64,000 nucleotides of DNA. It comes from Macrostomum lignano (taxonomy: Eukaryota). The stretch covers positions 1 to 64,000 of the forward strand of contig NIVC01000862.1 of NCBI GenBank assembly GCA_002269645.1, written 5' to 3'. Of this stretch, positions 46,040 to 60,256 are shown piece by piece. The position numbers and the translations under genes are program-made. A model generated the notes under the pieces. It did not search any database and was not told where the DNA came from. It worked only from the letters and a program-made list of their open reading frames with translations. Each line of letters starts with the position of its first letter. The first letter of the stretch is position 1.

Positions 46040-46900
46040 CGAAGGTTCCAGTCTGCAGCACAGGAGAGTGAGGTCGGATAGGATACTTTTCAGGGTGCAT
46101 GATCAATGGCCCGAAGACGAGCTCTTTGCGGCATTGGGCAGAGAATCCAATCAAGTCGGGTGTCGCAACCTTTTGGGCTATGAAAGGTTGGTAGAAGGGC
46201 AGCGCCAGGAATTCCATCCTCAGCATCCTGCTCGCAGGGCACCCTGGCATTGTGAAGATATACCTGAAGGCCAAGGATTATTTCCACTGGCCGGGCATGC
46301 GCAACTGCATCGAGCAAACAGTCAGCCAGTGCGAGGCCTGCCAGCGGAACATGAAGGCGCAATCAAAGGAGGCTCTGAGGTCTGTGGAAATGCCGACTTC
46401 CCCTTTTTCCAATCTTCTCGACTGTTTTATTTGAGTACAGCGGTGCCTCATACCTGGTGTACGTTGATGCATGTAGCCGCTGGCTGAGCGTCACTCAACT
46501 GCGGTCAACAACCAGCATGTCGTGGTGCAAGTACTGTAAGGACCACTTCCTGAGAAGTGTGCCTGAGAAGCTCATCAGCGATGGTGGCCCGCAGTTCTCA
46601 GCTCGAGAGTTCTACCAACTGATGAAGAGGTTCAAGATCGAGCACAGGACGTCAAACCTAACATATTAAACGGCAGAGCAGAGCGGTACGTGCAAACTGC
46701 GAAGAATCTTATAAATAAGTGCAATGAGACTGGCCAAAGCCTGGAGATAGCACTCTCCTGAAACACTCCTCTTGGCAGCGACTTTCCAAGTCCAGCTGAA
46801 ACGGCATTCCAGCCGAAGGCTTCGATGCGACCTGCCCACGACTGTGCAGTATCTGCGACCTGGAGAGACTTATGTCCACGACAGCATCGAAGCATTTCAG
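46040..46900 (+). mobile_element. Degenerate Ty3/gypsy integrase fragment
   Basis: GHPGIVKIYLKAKDYFHWPGMRNCIEQTVSQCEACQ (HHCC finger), YVDACSRW, LISDGGPQFSAREF and NGRAERYVQT, with frameshifts and stops. Confidence 0.85.
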
Positions 46901-48029
46901 AAATAGCGGATCCGAGCAGCACAACTGTAGAAGCGCGGTGCACGTCTGACGCTGCAGCGAGTCAGTCTGGCTTTAGCGTGGGTGGCTGCTGAGATCGACA
47001 GCAAAGTAGGCGACACTCCAAGATTTTACTGAGTCCGCACGGAGACCGGCCAGCAGCTGAGGCTTATCGGCGCTTCATCCGACTTCGCAAGTTGGGCGTT
47101 CCCTTCTTCGAAAGTGACATTGCAGCTAACGAGAGCATTTTCGACATGGAAGCTGCACTGCATCTCGGCGATCAGCCGGCTATCCTGCTGCTGCGAGTGA
47201 CAATAAGCAATAACTTGTTTATTACACACAGATCTTATTAGAAAGCGCTATTTTAGCAGGTGTGATGATAACTTTAACTAATCGAAATCGCAGACAGTGT
47301 CTGTTGTTTATTTGTGTTCTAGGAAGATACTGAACTTTATTTATCAGATACGGCTGTATGAGCACGGTCTGGAGTTATGAGTTGTGCAGCTTCTGCTAAA
47401 TTCAATTCAACCAGTCTAAAAATAGAAACGACAAGTTCACTACCAAAAAAGAAACTGGTTAAATAGAACGCTTGGATGGTGAGAGTCTAGAGAGTTAAAA
47501 ACTCTTAAAAATTCAGATAAATTGGATATTAATAATAATTAACTATACTGCCCCAATGGGCAGATGTGTACCCGACAGCTCAGCCGCAGCTATTGCGCGG
47601 CGCATCTGAAGGCTGCGTACGCCTCCTCAGTCCAAGGACGCCACGCACACACCCACACCCTCTCAATTACCCCAGCTAATTGTCGCATCATTTTACAGCT
47701 GGGTGAACTGAAGCCTTCTAAAATTTGTTGCTAAAAATAGAAACAGTCTCTAAACGGCACCAGTCGAAGCAGACCAACTTGATGCTAAATTGAATTTCCG
47801 CGGATTTTACTTTGACGAAGTTCCCTTAAATTTAATTATTTAAACCCCTGAGTGCCGCCCAAGGCCGACTGAAGTAATCCATATATCTCTTCAATCTACT
47901 TACGTAGTCCTTGGTGCCGCTTCAGGAAACCGCGAGGTAAAAAACGTTTGTCCTGCATCAGTTGGACCATCATTGAAGATTAACCTTTTTTGAAACTTGC
48001 ACCACTTTTGACAAGAATTAGAAAGCATC

Positions 48030-50345
48030 ATGAGACTAAGATATGCTTTAGTCAACGGTGACTTTGGCCGGCAACTATTGTGTCTGTTTCTGCTAATCGT
48101 TGTGGGAAGCTGTTGCATCTGCAGCAACTACAAGACAGGTGAGCTGACATTATACTTTGTGATACTCTAGCTTTTAAATGTGGCCACTTCATGTCAAATG
48201 TCGAAAAATGAGTTTGCCTAGGCCAGCCACCTGTTTCATCTGATGATTTATTGCCTGTTCTTTAGGTCATTTTCTCTATTTTTCTGTACGCACAATGTAC
48301 TCTAAATTATCTATCTTTCCGCCGACCACCCAACCTTTTCCACCCTGTGATTTCCACCTTCGTTTTTCTTATCACCAGTCGCAATCAAGAATTCTCGGTT
48401 TATCTTGTAGAGTTGTTTTAGCTACAGCTGTTGGTTTTCACGGACTATACTTGTAAAAACAAACATGTTAAGAATTTTGTTTCAACCGTCACAATATCGT
48501 ATAATGGCAAATGATGAAACTGTGACGTACTTCATGATCCAACCAAACGGGCATCCATAACTCGGAAAGGTTTTCCTTATTTTTTAACGGAATTAGTTGG
48601 TGTATACTATTCAATAACTGACGAAATTTTGAGGTTGTACAATGCATTTACGTGCAGTGCGACTTAAGTTTGTGCTTAAAAAATTCTACCGATTTCTTTA
48701 AACATTCCAAAAACATCAACGACTGTTTTTCAGAGCTATGCGGTCTGTACGCGACCTGCACAGACGCGCGGGGGTCGTACAACTGCACCTGCATCAATGG
48801 ATTTCAAGGCAACGGAAAGGATAATTGCACCGGTGGGTTAAAACTTTTGGTTTTGGTTACTAGTTAGAAAAAGCACTTATGTTTGTATGAGATCGGCCAT
48901 AAACTGAACAGTTCAAGATGTCAACGAGTGTCTCAGCAGCTCCAATTCGATGCCCATGCTGACTGCATCAACCTGATCGGCTCATTTGATTGCATTTGCA
49001 AGCCGGGTTACTATGGCAACGGGACTGTCTGCTATCGTGAGTTTACATAATATATTTGTAATATAATTTGGCTGAAGGACTTTGTCTCAATCCCGGATGC
49101 ATTTGCAACTCAGATGCTCCTATCGACAGTAAATGCAACAAATACGAGCAAATCGGACTATGACATTGTGCACGCACCACGCGGCGTTCCGTTTCTGATT
49201 GGCAGTCAGGAAAGTTCGTCTTTTCAAGTGATTCCAGTTCCGCATCATCTTACTTTTTGTACAGATTTGAGCTCTAACTTCAAATTAACAGTTGCTTCCA
49301 CGAGCTGAGGAAAAATATTCTAAGAAAAAACCTTAATTAAGAAGAATTAACTCCACGATCCTTTAAATTTGTCTGTTAACTGAAATTTAAAAACAATCTC
49401 AACACCCAGGTCAGTAACTACGGCGCCATCAGTTTCTCTGGGTATCTATGGTATTTACCGTACAACTCCATCACGGACAGTATCAACTTTCCTGGAGCCG
49501 TCGTGGCGCCTTACTGGTTCGTTAATCCTCGCACCTACCGAAGCAGTTGGACTCCGAAGGTGTGCTACGAGCTGCTGAATTCGTGGAACCACAGCTCCGG
49601 GTCGAACTGGCGCGCGGTCAAGCAGATCATTGAGCAGGAGATTCGACCCGAGTTCAACCCTCTGACGGCGCTCATCGTCACTTGGCGCATTCTGACGCCG
49701 TCACTGCCATCACAGAGCTCTTGGAATCGATCATCAGAATGGTCAGAATCGTCAGAATGGTCAGAAAATGTTATTCTAGGCCTTGGAATGAGACGAACGG
49801 CTACATCGACCTCTGCCGGGGTCTGTGTTCTCGAGCCAAGGCGAATGCTCTAATTGGGGAAATCTCTCTCAAGTGCCAGAGTTTTTTCTAATGACCATAA
49901 TCTGCACTTCTTGCTGGCGATGACCCGCGGATGCAAATATATAACCTACTTACTAACAAAATATTCTAAGTAGCTGTAGTTTAAAATTCTGCTTCAGCTT
50001 TTACTTTATATCTGAAAAAAGAAAAAGAAAACCAAAACATCAGAATGTTTGTTTTTCTGTAGAAGGTCAACCGTTTTGCATGCACTTTTTCATACTTGAG
50101 TTAGATTTGCTTCATGAAGATATTACTATAGTTGGGTATACTAAGTCTTATCGAAGCAACTACTTACGAAATCACAGTTTTTACGAAATTATAAATATGA
50201 CCTCAAGTCAAGCTTGTCAGCTCTTTCTCATAAAACTGCATTCTGCATGCAATTTCAGAGCATCAAGTTCCAAGCAGTTGTAACGCGCAATGAGACTCAC
50301 TCATGCGCCATTTTCAACCACGGTGACTTCCACCTGCCTGTGCCT
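48030..50345 (+). pseudogene. MUC4-like paralogue B, 5' half only (signal 48030-48138, EGF 48734-48832, cbEGF 48918-49036, NIDO exons)
   Basis: Homologous to paralogue C. The cbEGF exon is 119 nt versus 120 nt (frameshift). An acceptor is AG>AA at 49107-49108, a donor is GT>CT after AATGCT near 49850, and there is a frameshifting duplication near 49740. Truncated at about 50345. Confidence 0.85.
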
Positions 50346-50497
50346 CGTAGTTTCATAAGCGGCGTTCACCTTACCTACAGTTTCTATAGCAACAGTGTCC
50401 TTAGCTACGGTTTATATAGCAACAATTGCCCTCGTCTTACTGTATCATAGAGCACTACAGCTTACAGAGTGTCAGCCAGAGTGGTGCAGCGAGCCTC

Positions 50498-50757
50498 GGC
50501 TACGGCGAGGCAGGCCAGATTTTGACACGGAAAGCGGGAGCTACGGCGAGGCAGGCCAGCTTGGCACAGGGAAAGCGGGAGCTACGGCAAGGCAGGCCAG
50601 CTTGGCACAGGGAAAGCGGGAGCTACGGCGAGGCAGGCCAGCTTGGCACAGGGAAAGCGGGAGCTACGGCGAGGCAGGCCAGCTTGGCACAGGGAAAGCG
50701 GGAGCTACGGCGAGGCAGGCCAGCTTGGCACAGGGAAAGCGGGAGCTACGGCGAGGC
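50498..50757. repeat. 41-bp tandem repeat, about 6 copies
   Basis: ctacggcgaggcaggccagcttggcacagggaaagcgggag recurs at 50541, 50582, 50623, 50664 and 50705. Confidence 0.95.
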
Positions 50758-50759
50758 AC

Positions 50760-51260
50760 CACTTCATAGCTGTGCAGCTGAGGAACTCCATGCTGCTGGA
50801 GGAGCCAGGCAATGGCCGCCCGGCTGACGGAGTCAAAAGCTTTGCAGAAATCTACAAAGACAACTGAGACCACATTGCTGGAGAGGCTCACAGGTGTCAA
50901 TGATAAACCGGATCGCTGCGATTTGCTCTTCTGTTGACCGTCCAGGTCGAAAGCAGCTCTGGATGTTGAGAAGCCCTGGTTGATGATGGGTTGAATGCGG
51001 TTTCGAAGAATGGTGTTGAGGACTTTGGTCAGAGTGCACTCCAGGGCGATGTCACGCAAGTTGTCGAGGCCGCTAGAGTTCTCCATCGCTCTGGGGCACT
51101 AGCAGTTGAGTCCCCGCCCAGACAGCAGTAGCGGTTGAGGATTCCGGTGATGATAGGCAGCAGCTCGGGCTCTTCAGGACACGCGGTGGGATATCATCGA
51201 TTTCCGCTGCTGCATCAGCCCGCATGGTTCTTAGGGCCTTGGAGACTTCATCCATGGAGA
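50760..51260 (-). mobile_element. Decayed non-LTR (RTE-like) reverse transcriptase fragment
   Basis: EVSKALRTMR..AAAEIDDIPP, LRDIALECTLTKVLNTILRNRI, FRPGRST.EQI..IR and VFVDFCKAFDSVSR, spread over shifted frames. Confidence 0.75.
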
Positions 51261-54200
51261 TCGGAGCGCAATTGATGACGAATTGGCAGGTAGGTCAGCG
51301 AGTCAGCGAGTGATTCTTAACCATCAAGTAGCTGTAATTTAGCCCCTTTGGGATGTGATTTATCGTAAAAACTAGGAATTTTTCTTCCATAGCCGACGCA
51401 CCCCCCCCCCCCCAAAGACCCGTCGGGGTCGGAAAGATGTCCGCTCGAGCCTACTTTTTACACCAGGGGGCTACTGGTTCGATCAGTGGACGAATTGGCT
51501 GCAAATCTGCACTTTTTTAAATACAGGCTCGCCTGGACTGTCTTTCAGTGAGGCACATCTGACGCTTTGCATGACTGCCAGAGGGTGTCGTGGCAACTTC
51601 ACCTGACAAGCTACATCGTCTGTACCGAGTCGTACTGTTCACAGCCGGTGCAGGTGCTGTTATTTGCACCTGCCTTCGAGGGCAGACGCCCCTGATGCCA
51701 GATGTAAGAGGCCTTGAGACGCGCTTTGCAACGCTGTTTTGTTCATAAATTTCGTTGCTCTGATACATCTTAAAAACTAAACAGCTCTGGGTAAATCATT
51801 CAATCAATATGCTTACTGCGAGTTTAACAATATTTATAAAGTTTCATGATATATTATTGCTTTAGCAAACACAGAACCAAGTAAATTTTAAGTGCAAAGC
51901 TCCCGCTTGGAGCGAATATAAAATATCAGAGCAGATTTTTACTAAACTGCTTAAGATGGGCTGCATGGCCCATTATAGTCATAGATGTTTCAATAAAAAG
52001 CCACTGCTCCAGAGTAGCCTGGAGCAGCGTACCGAGTCTCTCTGTATGAAGATCTTTAATCAAACAGCGATGCTGGGGTAGAAAGAAAAGTATTCGGTTC
52101 GGCAGGGCTGCTAGAAAGGCAACGGCTTCAATGATGCTCTACTCCTTAAACGTACAAGGAATCTAGTTTCATTTTGCTGCTCATTATATAGGTGGATTCA
52201 AGTTATTCGAACGCTTTAGAAAATATTTTGTTAAAACTCTTTTAGGGCTTTAGTACTCTGCCCCTCCATTCCAGCTATTCAGCCTAGCCTTGAGAAATTT
52301 GTCGGTCTTTCCGCTGCTCAAGTATTCGTCATTGTCTGACGTCCAGGCCCCTACATCTGTTTTGCTCCACTGCCTGTCCTGTCAGGTGTGCTATCAGGTG
52401 CCCTGTCAATTTGACTGCTTAAGTTTTGGGAAACTGGGGTGTCTGAGTACGGCTTTGAGTTTTGAGTTTTGCAGCTGCTTCTGAATCAACAAGTCTAAAA
52501 ATAGAAACAAGCTAGTTATCACCAAAAAGAAACTGGTTAAATAAAATACTTCGAAAGTGCAAGTCTGGAGAGCTGGAAACTCGAAAATTCAGATGAAAGG
52601 CAAAGATTTTAAAATGAGCAGGCCAAACATTTTTATCGGACAAAACGTAGCAATCGTGAATGACATGTCAAAATTTACAAGATATAGAGCTCAGAAAACA
52701 ATGGCATCGGCTTATTTGATTAACTCTATTGTCCTGTTGAACCACGGCACTCACGACAGCGTTTGGAAACAATCGACTACTTTTTTCAAAGCCTTCTTGG
52801 CCATTTATTTGCAAATCTGGATTTATAATTCGAATTTTATTAGCTATAGAAAGAAAGCTTGTTTGGGAATGCAAAGTCTGCTCAGAGGTTTACAGCAAAG
52901 TGGCACCTGCGCATCTGTTGCTAAAAAATAGAAACAGTCTCTTGAAACGGCGACAATAGGAACAGACCACCTTGCTGCTAAAAATAGAAACAGTCTCCGT
53001 AAGCATATGAGAGAAGTGCTTACATCGCAGTGAAAATAAAGCAGCCTCCTCTCGTCTCGAATGGGGCTATGCGGTCAGACCAGCTCTACACTAAAGGGCA
53101 GATAACAAAGCTGAGGTTTGAAGGCCAAGCCAGCAGCCTGCGAGCGCGTGACGCAGTTGACTCGCAGCAAATGCTTTGGGGGTGATATGGTTGCTTAAAA
53201 ATGGCACAGAGAGGGACTGCTTGAACGATTACCCTGCCAAGCTCAAACTATGCATTGCTCTGCATTTTGTCGGCTAACCTGCCTGCTTGCTTGACTGTAA
53301 AATACAGTTAATAAGAACTCTGAGATACGAGCCTCACACTCATAATAGGGCCTGTTATAGTCTCACAGGGAATATTGCTATGGTGTCAAGGCTCGTGGGA
53401 GCATCGCAGCAAGACTTACAAGTGGAGTTTCTGAAATGTAAAATTGGGGAGGTGCTGAGATTTTAAGGTCCATTGGAGAAATTGCTGTGATGTCAAGTCT
53501 TACGGGGTGAATTGCGTAGACGTCAAAGCTCACGGGGGATCGCAGAAATACTATGGCTGTTAGGGGAATTGTTGAGATGCTAATACCACCGAATTCTGTG
53601 CATAAGACTCAGAGGGAAACGCTGAAATGCTGAGGCTCATAGGGGTGCTGAGATGCCAAGGGTCAATTTGAAGTTGTTGGTTGGTACGAGTATATCAAAG
53701 GGAGAAATAGGGTTAGACACTGCCAACACTGCCAACGGAGCGGATTTCGTTCGCTCCCAGGCTCTGCAGCGCGCCATCTGACGCGCCCTGCTCTAACTGT
53801 GACCTTTTGCATGCGGGGTCGCGTATTTTTGTTGTTGTTGTTGTAAAGGAAGTCTTTGATGCCAAAGCTCACAGGGGACGCTGCTTTAGGCCAGATAGCT
53901 GGCTTTCAGGGCCGTTGCTTTATGCATTTTAGCATAGTTTTTCTTAGGATTCTGACCATGGCAACTATGCATGCAAGATCGAATCTCCATGTAGTTTATT
54001 AAAAATATTGTAATACTTTATCCTTTTTGTTGCAAAACGGAAGGCGCAGCTTACTAGTTTGTTGCTTAAAATGGAAACAGTCTCTTGAAGAAACGGCTAC
54101 AATAGAAACAGACCACCTTGATGCTAAAATTAGAAACAATCTGGGTGAGACTCAACTCATCTGTAGTCGATGGAATTGCCGCGGATTTTCTGCAACAAAG

Positions 54201-54336
54201 TTCCCTTAATTTTTTCATTTAAACCCCTGAGTGCCGCTCTAGGAAACCGCAGAGTGAAAGCCTTTTCCTGCATCAGTTAGACTTTCATTGAAAATAAATC
54301 CTTCTGTTAAACTTGAAACCTCACTTGCAAAGCACC

Positions 54337-57300
54337 ATGAGACGAAACTTTGCTTCAGTTTCAGTCGCTGGAGACTTCGGCTGGCAACTACTGTGTCTGT
54401 TTCTGCTTGTCGGTGCGGGAAGCTGCAGCCTCTGCAGGGACAGCAAAACATGTGAGCTGGCATTATACTTATTGATACTCTTGTCACTTTATTTGCGTTG
54501 TTTTAGCTACAGCTGTTGGTTTTAATGACAAGCATGTTAAGCATTTGGTTTCAACTGTCCGTAAATCAGAAGAGCTGTTCCTTATTTTTAACCCAATTAT
54601 TAAACTCAAATATTCAAGACCAAAAAATTGTTCACTATGTTTATACAGTCATTGACTTGACCTGCGACTATTTTTGTACCTTATAAACTCCGCTTGTTTA
54701 AAAACTGCAAAAAATCAACGACTGTTTTTCAGCGCTATGCGGTTTGTACGCTACCTGCACCGACACGCCGGGGTCCTACAACTGCACCTGCTTCGATGGC
54801 TTTCAAGGCAACGGAACTGATAATTGCACCGGTAAGTGAAATATTCGACTTCATTAACTTACAAAAATCGTTAACTTGTAGCTACACATTTATTTTTGCA
54901 AGCTGTTGAAACCCGCGGATTTTGAGCCCGCTAAATTCCAAGCCCCGGAACTATTTTTGCATTCATTCTAAAATCTGAAATCATACCTAAACAAAATATT
55001 GTTAACAGTTAACTTTCTAATCTCTGCTCCTTTATCTACTCTCTCCTTTACTCCTTTCTCTCCTCTCTCCTCTCTTTCCCCTCCCCCTCTCCCTTCTCCT
55101 CTCGCTTCTCTCTTCCCTATTCTCTCTTCTCTCTACTTTCCTCTCTACTCTCTTATCTATCTATCGTCTTTCCTATTTTATCTCCCTCTCTTCTCTCTCC
55201 CCCTTCTCTCCTCTTCTCTCTTCTCTACCTCCCTTCTATCTTATCTCTCCACTCTAATCTCCTCCTCTTCTTTTTCCTAACTTTTCTCTTCTCACTCCTC
55301 CCTCTTTTCTGATCTCTCTAATCTCCTCTCCTCTCTCTCCTTTTTCTCTCATCTCTAATCTCTACTCTCTCCTTTTTATTTATCTTTCGTCTCTCATCTC
55401 TACAATCTTATCTCTACTCTCGTCTCTCTGCTCTATTATCTTTCCTCTTTATCCTCCCTTCTCTCTCCTTTTCTCTCTCTCTTCTCCTCTGCTCTCACAT
55501 CTCTCCTCTTTTCTCTACTCTCTTCTGTCTTCTCTCCTCTTCTTTCTCGTCATATCTCTCATCTCCTCTTCATCTGTCACCTCTACTCTCTTATATATCG
55601 TCTCTTCACTATACTCCCCTCTCTGCTCTCATATCTCGTTTCTCCTAGCTTCTCTCTCTTCTCTTTTTTCTTCTATCTTATGTCTGATCTCTCTCTAGTC
55701 TACTTTGTACCCCCTCTCAATCTTGTCTGCTCTCTCATCTCTCCTCTCCTCTCTTATTTCTTCACCTCTACTCTCTGATCCACCGTCTTTCCTCTATACT
55801 CTCCTCTCTGCTCTCTTATCCTTCCTCTCCTATCTTCTCTTTCATCTACTCTCTACTCTCTTTTCTCTTACTCTTATCTCTGGTCTGTACTAAATTTTAT
55901 CTATCAACTTTCTTCTCTCTCTCTCTCTCTCTTTTTCCTCTCTTCTATTGTCTCTTTTCTTTACTATCTTCGTTTAACTCTCTCTTGTGTTCTCTCTCGT
56001 CTCATGTTTTATCACATTTTTTCTCTATTACCTTTAATTTCCTTTCTCATCTGGCCCGCAGCCATGAGCTGAATTCTCTATAGGACCCTCGAGGCAAATA
56101 AATGTAAGACTCAAACCTCCAGAGAGTAGCAGCAGGTTGATATCCAGTATGCTAGTCTGTCGCCTTAGTGGCCAGAAGCCAGTGCACAGTATCACGGATG
56201 TCCCGCAGCTGACTTTTCCGAGTCACAGGACGCGCCATCAGACACGGTTATGCACTTCACCGATGCTGCGCGAATTCACTCGATCCTATAGCATCAGCTC
56301 AAGTGCTTGGAAAGCCAATTTGTGGGGACAGAAGACTCAATCAGATAGTAGGGCAGTGGTTAGAATTCTCACTAAACTGCTATGGCTAAAGTTAGCCCAC
56401 CGAAACTTAGCAGAGAAGGCTTTAAAAAAGTGATTCCAAAACACTGTGCATTTGCTATTTACACTGAGCCCTATCACCTGACCCTTGGTCTGGGGAAATA
56501 AATAAGTGGCTCAAACACCAGAAAAAGCAGACAAAATTACCATGCTTACAGTTTCCGTCCTGATGGAGTAACAAAGTTGAGACTTTACATTTAGACAGAA
56601 ATTGAGCCAATGAACAATTGCGTAAAGTTTGAATTCAATCGCTTCACGTGGAGCAAACTTATTGCAGCCGAAGGTTAGCCAATTTTAAAACCCTCTTTTC
56701 CACAGCTTGACAAAAAAAGGAGAGAGAGGCGGAGGTTGGGGTGCTTGCTACCTGACAAAACAGTCTAACTTAAACGTGAACAACGCCGTTCAGGATTAAC
56801 TTTAGAGATTCCAAAGGGAGTGTCAACTTAAGCGCTAGAATGGAGCCCAAAGCAAGGCTCCAGACCAAACCGACTGGAATCGATAACCATGACGGTGGCA
56901 GCTGTTTAAATGATTCAAAACCTGGATGCGCCCGGTTGTACTTTGCCATCGAGTTCTTGATAACAACGTCTAATCGGCTGCGCTCGCTGAAGCCGGCTGA
57001 CTGCAGTCACTGATACGGTTCGTGCCTCTCGTTAACACATTTGTCCTGCTTGATGGCAGCAAAGCAGCACTCAACCACATAGCAGAACATAGTGGCACAG
57101 CGGATGTCTCGGCGATTCTAGTTACCTGGTCCGACCAGTTATCGATACAGGTCGGTTTGGTCTGGAGCCTTGCTTCGGGATCCATTCTAGAGTCTTAAGT
57201 TGACATGAGATCCCAATTTTATCCCCTTTATCCCCTGGGACCCCAAGGAAGGGACCCGGATGGGATGTCTCGGCGATTCTAGTCACCTGGTCCGACCAGT

Positions 57301-60054
57301 TATCGATTCCAGTCGGTTTGGTCTTTCTTTGGCCTTGCTTTGGGCTCCATTCTAGCGCTTAAGTTGACACCCCCTTTTACACTATTGTGTCCAAATTGTT
57401 AAAGAGTGTGTCAAAGTTGAAGAGGATTGAAAAAACTGGAGCGGCGCTATGAGCATGGAGGATTTAGTGAAGAAATCCCGCATTTTTAGCAGTTTTTTGC
57501 TTTTTAGGTAGAAAGACTTGTGTTTAAAAATATTAAGGTGGCCTAAGACATTCTCCGTAGTGAGTAGTGTGGTTGAAAATTTCGATTCAATTTGGTTAAG
57601 CGGTTTGGGAGTCCAGCAAACAATTACACAGATAGACAAACAGACACACACACATGTTTATACGTATAGATAAAATCGGTGATAACCTGTATTTAATTAA
57701 AGATGTCAACGAGTGTCTCAGCAGCTCCATATGCGTTGCCAATGCCGACTGCATCAACCTGATCGGCTCATTTGATTGCATTTGCAAGCCAGGTTTCTAT
57801 GGCAACGGGACTGTCTGCTATCGTGAGTTGACATGATATCTTCGTATTATAACTTGACTGAAGTCGCTCCAATTGTCTCAATCCCGGATGCGTTTTGCAG
57901 CTCAGATGCTCCTATCGACAGTAAATGCAACCAATATCTCGGACTATGACATTGTCCACGCACCAGGTGGCGTTCCGTTTCTGATTGGCAGTCACGAAAG
58001 TTCGTTTTTTCGAGTGAGTCCGTCTGAATTTGCGTACAAATTTATCTGCGAATTAACAGTGCTTCTTAGAGCTTGGGAAGACAGTACTCTTAACTCAAAT
58101 CAGTCCTTTGTTGCGCTTAAAGACTTATTCATTAACTTGAAATGGAAAAAATATCAACAGGTCATTGACTACGGCGCAGTGAGTTTCTCTGCTTGTCATC
58201 TGCAGTATTTACCAGACAGTGACATCGTGGTCAGGGCCAACTGTACTGGAGCCGTCGTGGCGCCTTACTGGTTCGATAATTCTCGTACCTACGGCAGTTG
58301 GACTCCAAAGGTGTACTACGAGCTGCTGAATTCGAGGAACCACAGCTCCTGGTCGAACTGGCGCGCGGTCAAGCAGATCATTGAGCAGGAAATTCGATCT
58401 GAGTTCAACCCTCTGACGGCGCTCATCGTGACTTGGCGCATTCTGACGCCGTCACTGCCGTCACAGAGCTATTGGAATCGATTCAACTGCGTCAGAAACT
58501 GTAGTTCTAGGCCTTGGAACGAGACGAACGGCTACATCGACCTCTGCCGGGGCCTGTGTTCTCGAGCCGAGGCAAATGCTGTAAGTGGAGAATCTCTTTG
58601 AAGTGACAGTTCTCTTGCCAATGACCATAATCTGCACTTCTTGCTGGCAATGACCTGCAGATGCAAATAAATACGAGTATCGTACTTACTAAGGACGACA
58701 CCGGCCCTATGGGTTAGTAACGCATACTATAGGATTCTTGCAACTTAAATGACAAACCGCGCTATCAAACAATTTCCAAAATGATTGTAAGGAAATAATA
58801 CAAAGAACTGATTGCTTTTTTTAATAAAATGCCAAACATTTTCATGCACTTTTTAGTTGCTTTGCGAAAGCAATTAGGTATCATACTTGAATTAGATTTA
58901 TTTCATTAGGATCTGACGATAGCCGGAAATGCTAAGTCCAACCGAAGCAACTACGGGCTAATTACGAATTTTTTTCATCTTTAGACATCTGATCGCAAAC
59001 CAAGCTTTTCAGCTCTTCCTCATACAACCGCTCACTACGCGGAATTTTAGAGCATCGAGTTCCAAGCAGTTGTAACGCGCAACGAGACTCACTCATACGC
59101 CATTTTCAACTACGGCGACTTCCACCTGCCCGTGCCGAGAATCTTCAACTTGAGCTCTCAAAAGTGGGACCTAAAGGCATTCTCAGGATTCACGGATATT
59201 ATATTCGTTCAAAAGCAGCTGCCATTCAGCCTGCGCCCAGACTGGCCCGAGCTGCCCAATCTGAGCCCCGGAAGGTCGGGAAGACCCGGACGTCACGTGC
59301 TGCAGCTCAGCATCGGGAAAAATGGTACATCTGAGTGCGGCAGTTGGATCGCAGCCGCCAGAGCCAACCAGAGCAGCTCTGACTTTCCAGGCTGCTCCGA
59401 CTGTCCCTTCGATTTTCGCACGGCAGTCCTTGACAGGCGGTTCAGTCCGTACGAGCTTGAGTGCTCTGGTGGCAGCATCCGGATGTGCTTCCGCAAAAGC
59501 AGCTACCAGTGCGCTCAGAGCTTCACAGGAAGCAGTGCGAGCGGTTGTAAGCCGGAAAATTCCTGGAGATGCATAAGCTACTGCCGTCACCTGGTGTCGA
59601 CCAGGTGCTGCTACAGAATGTCATCGGCAGCTGCTGGAAGCGAAATCAGTCAGCTGTGTCGTAGAAGTCATGTCCTCGGTTATGTGATAGATGTCATGCG
59701 ACGGATTATGTCCAACATGCGATCCAGTGAGTCAGAACATGAGCATTGAAGAGTTGAATAACCTGATAACCTGTTAACCTGATAGCAAAATATAATTGAG
59801 TTTTAGCCCATGGAATTAAAAAAAATCATTTTTTGCAGCTGGCCCCCTCATCAGCAGCAGCTCAGATGGTGCCGGACACGCAATGTACTACTATCGGCGC
59901 AGCACGTATGATTATGATTTTTTTGGCCTCTGGTCTCCGCAGTATCAAAATGAATTGAACGGTCTAAGAGTCTGCTCATCGGTTGGAATGATCTCCGCTT
60001 ATTCGGCAGTAAGACCCATGTGCACCAGCCAGCACTATCAGCCACCAGCCGGAA
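54337..60054 (+). CDS. MUC4-like paralogue C, 5' part: exons 54337-54451, 54733-54831, 57703-57822, 57901-58013, 58161-58580, 59051-59726, 59839-60054 (probably continues beyond the window)
   Basis: Signal peptide MRRNFASVSVAGDFGWQLLCLFLLVGAGSC; EGF ATCTDTPGSYNCTCFDGFQGNG; cbEGF DVNEC...CINLIGSFDCICKPGFYGNGTVC; NIDO AVVAPYW...KVYY...ALIVTW...FQAV...YAIFNY; AMOP. Canonical splice sites with matching phases and no stops. Confidence 0.88.
55019..56050. repeat. Degenerate polypyrimidine (CT-rich) low-complexity tract in an intron
   Basis: About 1 kb of almost purine-free ctct/ttct sequence. Confidence 0.95.
56813..57377. mobile_element. MITE with ~70-bp TIRs and a duplicated right arm
   Basis: tgtcaacttaagcgctagaatggagcccaaagcaagg...ccgactggaatcgataac (56821-56888) is the reverse complement of 57298-57369. 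A second right-arm copy lies at about 57100-57206. Confidence 0.8.
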
Positions 60055-60256
60055 GTAAGTGCCTTTTCTGCTTGATCTGTTGCTCTTACTATCATGTTTG
60101 AGTACTTTAATAACTTATTTACTCTTGGCTGCTATGTGGCGGCTCAACAGCTTTAGATCATTTAACGTAGCAAACGTTGACATAAAGTTCTTGATACTCT
60201 GGTCACTTAATTGAATTGTTTTAGCTGCAGTGTTGGTTTTAATGACAAATATTAAG

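Noticed and set aside
54999-55893. Hydrophobic Leu/Ser-rich ORFs resembling membrane proteins
   Set aside because: Translation of the CT-rich low-complexity intron tract.
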